From NCBI RefSeq assembly GCF_002113885.1, contig NW_018406969.1, positions 3,660 through 67,659 of the forward strand: a stretch of 64,000 nucleotides of DNA. The letters are read 5' to 3'. Positions 47,001-59,400 of this stretch are shown here, piece after piece. How positions within the stretch are numbered: the first letter of the stretch is position 1; every line of letters begins with the position of its first letter. This DNA comes from Mizuhopecten yessoensis (taxonomy: Eukaryota). The position numbers were made by a program, and so were the translations under genes. The notes beneath the pieces were generated by a model. That model was given only the letters and a program-made list of their open reading frames with translations. It was not told the DNA's origin and made no database searches.

Positions 47001-47968
47001 TTTATTAGCTCACCAGGTCCGAAGGACCAAGGTGAGCTTAATTATGCCATAATGTAGCGTCTGTTCGTCAACAATTTTTTTAAATGACTTCTTCTTTTTA
47101 AACACTGATTGGAATTAACTAAATTTGAGTGGAAGCATCCTTAGGTGATGGGGATTCAAAATTGTACAAATGGTGGGGCTGACCCCCCAGGGAGCTGAGG
47201 GGCAGGGCCAAAAGTGGGCAATTTGGCTTTATTGCTACAAAAGACTTCTTCTGTAGAACTATGCACTGGATATCAATCATATTTAGTCGGAAGCATTCAT
47301 GGGAGGCGGGGATTCAAAATTGTACAAATGGTGGGGCCGACACCCCGGGCTAAGGTGCGGGGCCAAAAAAAGTTTATTACTACGAAATGGTTGAATTCCC
47401 CACCGTATAACCATATATACAATTGCTGAGTATAAAGAGAAGAATGCACATATGCTTCCAGGATGGTCATGGGGTCTGGCCCCAGCCTTGGAGACAAAGT
47501 CTGGGTCATGACTTTGAAACAGTTGAGATCCCCACCCCAAAACTATATATACAATTGTTGGGCATAAAGAGACGAATGCAGTCATGATATTAGAATCGAC
47601 CCCAGGGTCTGCCCCACCCTTGCAGACTTAACCCCTGGGTCATAAATTTGACACAATTGAGCTTCCCACCCCAAAACTATATATAAAAATGCTGGGCATA
47701 AAGAGACCAATGCAGTCATGATATTGGAACTGATCCTTGGGTCTGGCCACAACCCTAGGGACCTAGTTTCTGAGTCACGGCTTGGAAACAGTTGAGATCC
47801 CCACCCCATAACCATACATAAAATTGCTGAAATGGAAAATCCAATACAGATATGCTACAAGGATTGGCCTTGGAGTCTGGCCTATTCCCTTGGATCTCAT
47901 TTGGAGAAAATTTTGCCATGATTGCTGAGATATCTAGGTGAGCGATACAGGCCCTCTGGGCCTTTTGT
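47001..47968 (+). mobile_element. Helentron-like element with internal CCCACCC-containing repeats; 5'-truncated copy at ~51830-52663
   Basis: TTATTAGCTCACCAGG..GGTGAGCT at the 5' end; GGTGAGCGATACAGGCCCTCTGGGCCT hairpin at the 3' end. Confidence 0.7.
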
Positions 47969-49230
47969 TTGTATGAAACATAACAAATTAACATGTGCAA
48001 TATTTCATAACGACATAATACTGTATTAAATTTATTATCACATCACCTTTTTTTTTACACCCATCATATATTACTCTGCGGATCATATATTTTCGCGATC
48101 ACATTATTGGCCAGCGATTATTTATTTATTCTTTTAAACAACATTTGAAATTTAATTAATGAAAATTGAAAAAGTTTTAAATATGAATTTGTGATTCTGG
48201 CACCAGACTGAATATTGTTAGAAATATATAATTATATTTGTCTTAGTAGATTTTTTAATGAAAGAATGGGGAGGGGGGGACCTCACACCACACCACCAAC
48301 GACCGTGTCTTATAATTTGTACTTGAGTATAATTTATTTATTTCTAATTGGAAGTTTATAAATTACAAAAAAAAAATGCAAGAATTGTTTTATTTTTATT
48401 TTCAAAAAAATTCCAAGAGATTTACAAAGACAAAATTAATTTAAGAAGGCCCGCATATTCCATGGAACAAAGTTACAATTATTAACAGAGATGTATATAT
48501 AGTCTATTTCAATTATTGTAATAAAAGTAATATATATACATCTCTGTTATTATGATATTTTTTAACAAAAATGTAAAATATACTGATATAAGCACGGAAT
48601 TAGATTATTTGTTATCTAAGTCCGTGATATAAAGCATTTAATGTTATACTGGTTTTAAACAAATAGAAATTCTTTTTTAATATCACTGAAATATTATTTA
48701 AAACTTGTAATTTATTTTGTTTATTATTATTATTTTCCGGTAAATGAGTTTGTAATGAGCCTTACCGATTCTCTCGCTATATGACGCCCACAAGATTTGG
48801 CTTAAATTTCCCCAATTGAGGGCCTCAAAAAATAGGGCAGTCTCTGATCGATCATATTGTCATCGTTTGTCATAAATCAATGGGGCTGGTACCCTCCTCG
48901 GCGAGTATACGGTCCACTCGGCAAGGGATTAACATCAAATCACATAATTTCCCTTCGTTTTTTTCATAATACCTGAATAAAAAATCAAATTCGCCACCTC
49001 CCAGTGTTTTATTAAAGCTCAGCAGCACGTTTCCAGACCCTATTCGCCCCCACACCGTCGGCAGAAAGAAACGTCTATCTCCCGTCTTGTCAGGTGATCG
49101 GTGAACTGTCAGAGTTCAGGGGCAGGACACAACGATGGGTCTCCCGCCAGAAATTATCGACACTTTTCGTCCGAATGTGAAGCATTTAGTAATGATTAAC
49201 AACAATTAAGCAATCTGTTATCATCATATG

Positions 49231-49425
49231 ATTTGCATAAACAATTTGCATGCAAAAAATGGAACACTTGCGGCTTAAAAAGTGCATAAAATATCGTATA
49301 ACGAGCTCGCACCTTGCAATCTGTAGGCTAGATGACGTCAGCACTCACGTGACTGGGTGGGCAGTATTCCTAATTGATGCCCGCCATTTTGACGAAGAGT
49401 GACACTGTCTGCAAGCAAGGTAAGC
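49231..49425 (+). promoter_or_regulatory. Probable PKNOX promoter and first non-coding exon
   Basis: Octamer ATTTGCAT twice (49231, 49244), CRE TGACGTCA (49333-49340), E-box TCACGTGAC (49345-49353), YY1-like CGCCATTTT (~49382), then a strong donor AAG/GTAAGC at 49420. The region is CpG-enriched. A matching acceptor lies at 53371-53373. Confidence 0.65.
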
Positions 49426-52400
49426 TGTCAATAACGTGTCTACACGGTTTGACGGGGAAACAAATATGCCACAATGTGTGTATTCGAAACTTAGATTTAC
49501 TCCCCAATACGATAATGACAGGATGTGTGAAATACTGTGTTGGTTTAATATGACATTTTCGAAACTAATTTATGACTCGATTCGTGGTGAAATTTTTCAT
49601 GTTGAATTAGACTTCCGTTTGTAAATTGATGGGCTTAGAATCCGACGGGGCGATCCTGCTAGATATTGGCACATCCCCAAATGCGACTTGTTGTTATGGT
49701 ACGAGATTGATGCCTTCAATGCGTGGTGTAATGGTTTCATGACGCCCCAAAACAATGAATTTACCACACATTGTAGGTTTATATCGCAGCAGTGTATATT
49801 TATGCTCTTTGAATACGTAGATCGGTGTTCTGCATAGTTTAGGTCGCGGGGTGCTGGGGTTGACCTAGTAAACTACTTTCCATGGAGGAACATGTTTGTT
49901 TTGATGCTAAAATTACTGTAAAACTGCGACCAATAATATCAATATATTTATAACACGATCTAGACTCACACATATTTAATTTGCGATCTTGTCGATTTTA
50001 TAGAGTTTGAAGCATCCTTTATATCTATAATTAGTTGGTTAAAATTAAAAATAATAATTTCATTTTTTGTTTTTGTCACTCATATAAGAAAATGATATTG
50101 CTTGAGTGACAGACTGTTATAGCATGTAACCGTTATGCTTATAAAATGCATTATTTGTATTTATAATGCTTTTATTATGTGTCTCAAATTCTCAATAAGG
50201 TTGAATATTGAGTGACCAATCTACAATTTATTTTTATTTGTCCTTTTCTACTGTATTGTTAAAAACAATGGGTCCCTTCCGATCATGTTAAATTTAAGTA
50301 TTACCGGAAATTCTATGATTACTGATATTAGCTCATATCTATATCTATATTTGCTATTTCAAATATCTTATTTATATCTATTATACTCCTTAATAGATTG
50401 TGGCCATATTATTTTGGCAATGTTGGCATAGTTATACATCTTCTGTCTCTTTACGTACATAAAATATGCTGCATGAGCTTTATATGTTTTTAAGTGTTGG
50501 GAATCGGTTGAAATGTTATGATCGATCATTGGTTACCATTTAAACCAGCCGATGATCGATTGATAATCGTTTTATAGAAATAAAATGAAATCCTCGACGC
50601 TGTTGATGCGTCGATCATTCAATTAGGCAAATAAAAAAGCGATACCATGTAATTATAATTGAAGAAATACCTCTCTTCAAACACTGAATCTGTAATATAT
50701 AGTCCTAACTAGCAGCCATGAGCTAAAAGTAAGTCATGCAGTGATGATGCCAACAATTTTACATAGTAGCTGGGGAAAATGTCTACTGAAAACTCCATAA
50801 TATTTTGTACTCGATTAATCAGTTTGTTAGCCTAACTAACCGATGCTCGACTTGGTAGATTAATCGGAACACCACTAATGATTGCGAGACCTTGAATGCT
50901 TCTATTTAGTGCTATTAGATTATGTGATCTGTTATATATATATATATATATACAATATACCCATGTTATATTGATACACAGTATGTACATGTTCCCAATT
51001 TAAATACATGTAAATGATCATAAATCTCAATTAATTTTCAAATTGTCATCATTTAAGATTTCAGATTTCAGATTTCAGATTTTGTTTCTAACACTTATGT
51101 TTATTTTAATTTTTCATAAATGTAAAATTTCCGATTGTTTTACAGCATTTTTTTTTTAAAGAATACTTATATTTAATGTCTTTTGTTATCAACCTTATGT
51201 AATGATACAATCTTCTTTTAAAAGCGACTTTGTTCCGTTTCCTTAAAAAATGAAAATCACCTGAAAATAGCTCAAAAGACTGATGTCAGATAGGTCAATA
51301 GAGCTACTATAGGTCTTTACAGCTATATAGCTCAATCGGCAGAGTGAACTGGACCTGATTATTACTTTCATTTAAAGCACAACACAAAATATAATTTCTT
51401 GTACACTTGCAATTGTATCATATTACTGTGGTATAATGACAAATCTATACTACTAGCACTAGCAGTGATAAATCTACATACGAGTCCGGAGTCCTATGCT
51501 CGTAGAATTTTGATGGGACTCGTATAATTTCTAAAAATACTGAAATTGTCATTGTGGGACCCATTGTTTTTAGCAATTCAGTTGAAAAGAAACCATGAAA
51601 ATAAATTGTAGATTGATCACGGTTCTAGAAATAATTTGACACTTTAAACAGTCTTAAATTGGACCAAGTTTGCAAACAAAATTACTTATAAATCAATTTA
51701 CTAAAACTTCAATACATTATTAAGTTAGATTTCATTTAAATTTTCATTTCACAGCATATGATATCATATGAGTCTTTTAAAAAATTGCACATAAGTTTAT
51801 ACATGTATATATATTATTAAGTTTGTTTGGGGACTGACCCCCCGGGCTAAGGGGTGGGGCCAAAAAAAGTGTATTACTTGGAAATGGTAGAGATCCCCAC
51901 CATATAACCATGGTATACAATTGCTGAGTATAAAGAGAAGAATGCACATTTGCTTCCAGGATGGCTATAGGGTCTGGCCCCACCCTTGGAGACATAGTCC
52001 CTGGGCCATAACTTTAAAACTGTTGAGGTCCCCACCCCAAAACTATATATATAAATGCTGGGCATAAAAAGAGGAATGCAGTCATGAGATCAGAATAGAC
52101 CCTGGGGTCTGACCGAACCCCTAGGGACCTAGTTTGTTAGTCACAGCTTGGAAACAGTTGAGAGCCCCACCCTATAACGGTATATACAATTGCTGAGTAT
52201 AAAGAGATAATTGCACATATGCTTCCAGGATGGCCTTGGGGACTGCCCCACCCTTGGAGACTTAACCCCTGGGTCATAACTTCGAAATGGTTAAGATCCC
52301 CACCCCAAAACTTTATATACAATTGTTGGGCATAAAAAGACGAATGCAGTCATGATATTAGAATTGACCCCAGGGGCTGCCCCACCCCAAAACTATATAT

Positions 52401-53491
52401 ACAAATGCTGGGCAAAAAGAGACAAATGCAGTCACGATATTAGAATTGATCCTGGGGTCTGGCCACAACCCTAGGGACCTAGTTTCTGAGTCAAAGATTG
52501 GAAACAGTTGAGATCCCCACCCCATAACCATACATAATATTGTTGGGCATGAAGAATCTAATACAGATATGCTACAAGGATTGGCCTTGGGGTCTGGCAT
52601 ATTCCCTTGATCTCATTCGGAGAATATTTTGCCATGATTGCTTTGTTATCCAGGGCCTCTTGTTATAATTGCGATTCCAGAGGACATGAATTTCAGGGAT
52701 GCTGTACATGTTCCATTCAACTAGCCCAACATCTGGATTTAGTCTAGCTTGTTGCTTTTAGGCTAGGTTAGTAAAAATTTCCCATATTTACTATAAAAAT
52801 ATGTTGAGCTGGGTAGAACCAGGGTTTTTGCCAGGTGTTTATACTGTATATAGGGTCTGGTACAGGGACCCATTCCCAGTTGAAAAATGATCCTATATTT
52901 TTAGTCTATTTTCCCAATTGGATTAAAAAGCATGTTATTATACAAGTTTCCAGTCATTGTATGTGCAAGGTTCAAAGTATTACCGTTCATGAAGGAGCAT
53001 TCATCAAAATACATTAAATAACGAAAATTTGAAACTGAATAAACAAAAAACACTCAAATTGATGTGTTTATTCATTGCTGTTTTTCCAAGCATATGCATG
53101 TATATTTAATATCGGAACATCAATGATATTTCCTAATATTTGCCAAATGCTGATGATATTTTTCCAATTCCTGCTCAGGGGCCCTTTCACAATATAGCTG
53201 GCAAAAACCGTGAGAACTTTTCAAAATCAAACTGCACGCTAGTAATCTTATTATTTTAATATGACATTATTCCCTAGTTTCAGCAGTTCGCTGTTTGCAT
53301 ATTTTGCACCTATAATGCAAGCATGATTAAAAAGACTTTTTAATTTATGCATTGTGATACATTTCTTAAACAGATTGATAGCACATACAGAGTTTGATGT
53401 TAATGGAAACACTACAAGCACATAGGGAGAAAAACAACATTCTTATGTCAGTTGGTTGTTTACAGAGAGTGGGATGCCTGTATGAAGAGCC

Positions 53492-56400
53492 ATGTCTGTT
53501 GTACAGCCCGGACTGGTGCCGGCCTTCACCGACGTTCAGGTTCTTGGTACGATTGTATCTTCCGCTCCCTCAGATGTCAACACGTAAGTATATTGGTCCA
53601 TGGTCAGGCCAAATATAAAAAACTTGTGTTTCTGCTTACCCTACATACCCTACATTTGTGTGTTTACCCTAAAAAATTTATTGGCATTTAGTGAGCATAT
53701 ATGCCCTGTTAAAGTCAGGACTCTGCTCTATAGAAGCATATATATATTACAAATGTAGTAAAAAAATAAATTAAAAAAATTGCGAATATCTAGGGCTGTC
53801 ATTGATAGATTTGATATCGATATAACCTGTACATGTAATATTGATAAAAACTTGTTTGATATCAATACAATTTTAGCATATCAGCACATGATCATAATAC
53901 ATGTATTTCAATTTAAACAATAGTTGTATGAACAAATCCATGTACTTAAATTTAGATTGTTGAAATTGAAAATGGAAATGATTGCATTTCATTCAGATAT
54001 ATACACAATTAATTAGAATTAACATTAAACCATAGACACTAATTACGGCTCAAAGATGGCTGGTCAATATATATCAATATTGAATCTATCAATTTTTACA
54101 TGTACTGAGGCTAGGCGTTTCTTTAAAAAAAAGTATATCTCGGGCTGAAATTAAAATTAAATCAACATATTATCTACAGTATGTTTTAATTGCCGTAAGT
54201 TGTAAAACTTGAGCAAATAAAGAAATGAACATACCTGGTATACCTTTGTCGTGAAATGCAGTTTTATTCTAATAATTATAAATTTAGATGTTCTTTTTTT
54301 CTCAACAGACCCACTGTTTTAACAAAAGAGGGGGATCTCAACTCTGAAGAGGAGAAGAGAGCAATTTATGGGTAGGTGACTTTGTACATGCTGAAACTAT
54401 TCCATATACAGTCCATCATCAATAATGTGTATCGGGAAATGTTTGCCACATGTACGGGTGTACAGTTAACTTCAGCCTATTTGTGCTGATATCATGTTTA
54501 TAATCAGTCACAATACAATTTTGTTATATTTACATCAAAATTTGAGAAGTATTGCAAAGCAAATTGCTTATTCTGTACATTGAGAGTACACATCCATATG
54601 GTGCCAAAAATATTATATATATATCTCTTTGCCTGCTGCTGCCATCAGTGCATTCTGCCCCACATGAACAATTCCTCAGCCTGCTGCAAGGGGCAATTTC
54701 TGCCACTTTCCCAGGGCCTGTAATTATACCCTTGAGAGTATGTTTTTGACCTCCAAAAATGCACTTTGACTCATTTAAGGATGAACCTATTTGACTTATG
54801 ATTTGAGTCTCCAAAATTAAGGGAAAGTATTATTTGACTTGTAATATTGCTAAATATTAAAAGTCAACTGAAAGCCCAGCTTTTCTTCAGTCTCCTGCTG
54901 GTAGCAGCTCCTGTCTCACTAAAGGAATTTAACTACAAGTACTTCTGTTTTATGGAAAAAAAAGATACTCACTACACATAGTTCCTGTGGTTTAAATTGT
55001 TTGCAGTATATGTAGAACCAGATATTTTACCCAGGTAACAAAAAGGTACATGTACCTGCATTTTTATGGCAGTCATGCAGTTTTTGTGGCATCTTAAAGG
55101 ACTAGTAACTAATTGAAAAAGATGTACACTGTACTTCCTTTTCTTTATCACCTTGGTAAAAACTCATTCACCCCTGAAGACACATTTGAACCCTTCCATT
55201 CCAAAGGTTTGAATGTTCATTATGAAACTTCAGGGGTAAATGAGTTAAATATGAAATTAAAAGGTTTGTCTTATGCCCTTTCTAAAAAAAATATGTATGT
55301 TGACAAAAGCAGCTATTTATTTCTTGGTCTCCTCTATTGATATCAAGACCATTGTAGTACCATTTAAATCCAGTTTATGTTACAGATTATATGTACAGAT
55401 TTCCATATTATTCAGATTTTGTTTATTGATTCAACTTTTGAATTAAGTCAAGAAAATCTCTATATTTTTATACTCTTTCTTGTTGACATGTTCCTGTAGA
55501 CATCCGTTGTTCCCTTTGATGGCCTTGCTGTTTGAGAAATGTGAGCAAGCGTCGCAGACATCTGACTGTCCTAGTTCAGACAGCTTCGATGTCGATATTC
55601 AAGCCTTTGTGCACCATCAGGAAAAGGATCGCAAACCCTTCTTCAGCGAAGATCCTGAATTGGACGCTCTGGTTAGTATCTGATGTCGGACCTTAAAAAA
55701 GATGTTCAATTATGATGTTTTATGTATTCTGTGTTTCAGAAATGGTTTTTGATGTGTACTATTTCTCATATAATATGACATGTATTTTGAACATATTTGA
55801 TATGTTTCAGCCATATAAGATAGTGATGGGCTGATGATAGATTATAATCAAAAATTGATCAGTTTGCCCTTTCCAATTCCGATTATCGATTACAAATTCC
55901 ATAATCGATATAATCAGTTCATCATTGAAATCGAAGTGTTCAATGTCTCCCATGTAAAGTATGCTTTGAAAGTGATATATCCTTATGATATATATGATTG
56001 ATAAAAAATGCACAATAGTTGCTTGATATTCATTCATTAGAAAAGAGCAAAATCTAATATATAGTTAACAACTCTGTCTATTGATGTAACAGTAGTGTAT
56101 AGTGAACACCTCTGTCTATTGATGTAACAGTAGTGGATAGTGAACAACTCTGTCTATTGATGAAACAGTAGTGTATAGTGAACAACTCTGGCTATTGATG
56201 TAACAGTAGTGTATAGTGAACACCTCTGTCTATTGATGTAACAGTAGTTTATAGTGAACATCTCTGTCTATTGATGTAACAGTAGTGGATAGTGAACAAC
56301 TCTGTCTATTGATTTAACAGTAGTGTATAGTGAACAACTCAGTCTATTGATGTAACAGTAGTGTATATTGAACAACTCTGTCTATTGATGTAAAAGCAGT

Positions 56401-59400
56401 GTATAGTGAACAACTCTGTCTATTTATGTAACAGTAGCGTATAGTGAACAACTCTGTCTATTGGTGTAACAGTAGTGTATAGTGAACAACTCAGTCTATT
56501 GATGTAACAGTAGTGTATAGGGAACAACTCTGTCTATTGATGTAACTGTAGTGTATAGTGAACAACTCTGTCCATTGATGTAACAGTAGTGTATAGTGAA
56601 CACCTCTGTCTATTGATGTAACAGTAGTGGATAGTGAACAACTCTGTCTATTGATTTAACAGTAGTGTATAGTGAACAACTCTGACTATTGATGTAACAG
56701 TAGTGTATAGTTAACAACTCTGTCTATTGATGTAACGGTAGTGTATAGTGAACAACTCTGTCCATTGATGTAACAGTAGTGTATAGTGAACACCTCTGTC
56801 TATTGATGTAACAGTAGTTTATAGTGAACAACTCTGTCTATTGATGTAACGGTAGTGTATAGTGAACAACTCTGTCCATTGATGTAACAGTAGTGTATAG
56901 TGAACATCTCTGTCTATTGATGTAACAGTAGTGTTCTCACTTTATTTGAGTATTCAGTCCCATAAAATTGTAAACCGATTATGCAATCGATCATCGATCG
57001 GTTTACTACTTCCGATTACAAACTGATTATCGATTATGATTTTAAAATGATTGCCTATCACTAATATTAGATTATGGTAAACCTCCAGTCAGATCGAACA
57101 AAATTAAATAAATATTGTCAATTCTGTTTGAATTACACAAAATTATAGCCACTAAAATAAAGAGTAGTTTGAACTCTCCTAGTCGATATCGTCAAAATCA
57201 CAGCAAACAGTCAAGTCGTTGATACGGAACAATGGCGACCTATTGCTATATATATGTATTTGCAAATCTGGAGATGAATAATGGTATATATAATATATAT
57301 ATTTCTCATATTTCCTTTCATATTAATAATCTATTATTAAGGTCAATCGCAAAGCAGAGGCAAGTATGTATGCCACAAAGCAGTAGATGTTTTCTTGACG
57401 AAAGTTCAATAGAAATGCATCAGAACGCGGAGGGTGGACGAAACTGCAATTACGGTTCAATAGCTCAATTGACCACCAGCTGGTACATTTTATTCACCCA
57501 CTAACCAGTGGACAATTCAATAATGAAACCAAAATTGATCTTGCCTCCATCGCTTGGGATGTCTGTTTTTATCTCTCCTACCTGTTGATTCTTTCTTCTT
57601 CACATTGTCTCCGTAGGCACCAGACTTTTTTAAATTAAATTTTCCAGTTAATTAGTATAAAATGTCTCCCAACCTTTCATCTGTCACATAACATAAAGCT
57701 GTAATTGTTTACTTTGTGGATTTTTATTTTTTTTAAATTATATTTTCCAAAATTTTATGACATAAACATTATATATATATACATGCAATGTACATTGGCG
57801 TCTAGAATCGCTTTTAAATAATGTACATTTATATGTCAAAATATTCTATCAAGTATCAGTATTCGTTATACATATATATTAACAAATTAGTATATATTCA
57901 CAGTTTTGATATAATAATAAACTTCCAGATATTCTTGTCCGTACTCTATTCAGACCAGACATGTTATTTGACTTGTATATATATATGTATCAGACATGTT
58001 ATTTGTCGTGTGTTTCAGATGGTGAAGGCGATACAGGTATTAAGGATACATCTGCTAGAACTGGAGAAAGTGACTGAATTGTGTAAAGACTTCTGTAATC
58101 GATACATTGCGTGCTTAAAAGGCAAACTTCAAAGTGAACAGTTGCTGCGCATAGACTCGGATTTTGACGATCCTCCACCCGAGGAGTTGTCTCCCCTTGG
58201 CCAAGGTCAGATGCCTATGCAACAGGTCCTGCCTTCCGGGGTCGTAAATTCTGCAAATAATTTGACAATGTTACAACCTGGCATGGCACAACCTGCCATG
58301 GCGACCTTGAATCAAGGTCAAATAGTGTCTGGTGGGACAGTTTATCAGATGGTACAAACACCGCAAGGACTTGTAGCCCAGCCTATACAGGTACGTAAGG
58401 CCAAGAAAACAAACACATGTTTCCTGTTAGATGTCTAAAAACATTCGGGTAGGTATTAAATTCTTATCTTTCAGTTATAAGGTTTTTATAGGAGAGTGAT
58501 CTTGACTTTAACAATGATTCCTTGAAAATTACAAGAAAGGGCAGGAACAAAAAGATAGGGGTAGGTAGGGTAACGGGGAAAAAAACCAATACTTTTTCTT
58601 TCCCTAATAGGCATGAAAGCAATTTTATCAATGCACATGTCCTTTGAAGCTTATTTCTTGGTGATAACTTACTTACGATGTTACGATGATGAAAATAAGT
58701 ATTATTTACCCATCCTGAAAAATACTTTTTTGCCTAATAGGGATGAAAGGAATTTTATCAGTTCATGCACATGTCCTTTGAAGCTTATTTCTCTGTGATA
58801 ACTTACTTACAATAATGAACATCAGTATTATATACCCATCCTGAAGAATACGATTAAAGATATGACAATGTCGAGGATATATAGTGTGAGAGTTACAAAT
58901 AAGATTGGTCACTATGACGCGAGAAGTCAGTTAAAATTTTTGAACTTCATAGCAACAGTAAGGCAACTAGTATTATCAACAAACACCAATCAATCTTGTT
59001 GACCTTGATAGTAGTCAGTAGGGGTCTTTATGTGGGAGGAACACAATACATCTCCATGGCCAGCACACATGCAGGCATACACTCATAGGGAGATATTAGC
59101 CAGGTGGCATAGGACTAGTAGTTGGCGCCTGATAAAGCAGCTGCTGCAAATTCCTCAAAAATTGTATATGCTAATTGTATCGATTGTATATCTATGTACT
59201 GTGAAGCGCTTTGAGTGGCTTATGTTAGCTAGATAGGGCGCTATATCAAATGTTGTATATTATTATTATGGGAAACAGAGTACCCAGAGAAACCCACATT
59301 GGGCAGGTGACCATATATATATTTTTGCACCTTATTAGGGAATAAAACCCCAGTCTTCTTTGTGAAAGGGGAGTGCATTAGCAACAATGCCAGTCAATTC

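Noticed and set aside
53394-53691. Track ORFs over the first PKNOX coding exon
   Set aside because: Wrong frames. Only the frame from ATG 53492 splices in phase into the MEINOX exons.
56059-56933. Regular 38-bp repeats resembling a CRISPR array
   Set aside because: Head-to-tail units without unique spacers, no cas genes, and located in a eukaryotic intron.
58613-58850. ~130-bp direct duplication in a PKNOX intron
   Set aside because: Simple two-copy intronic duplication with no splice-site or coding content.
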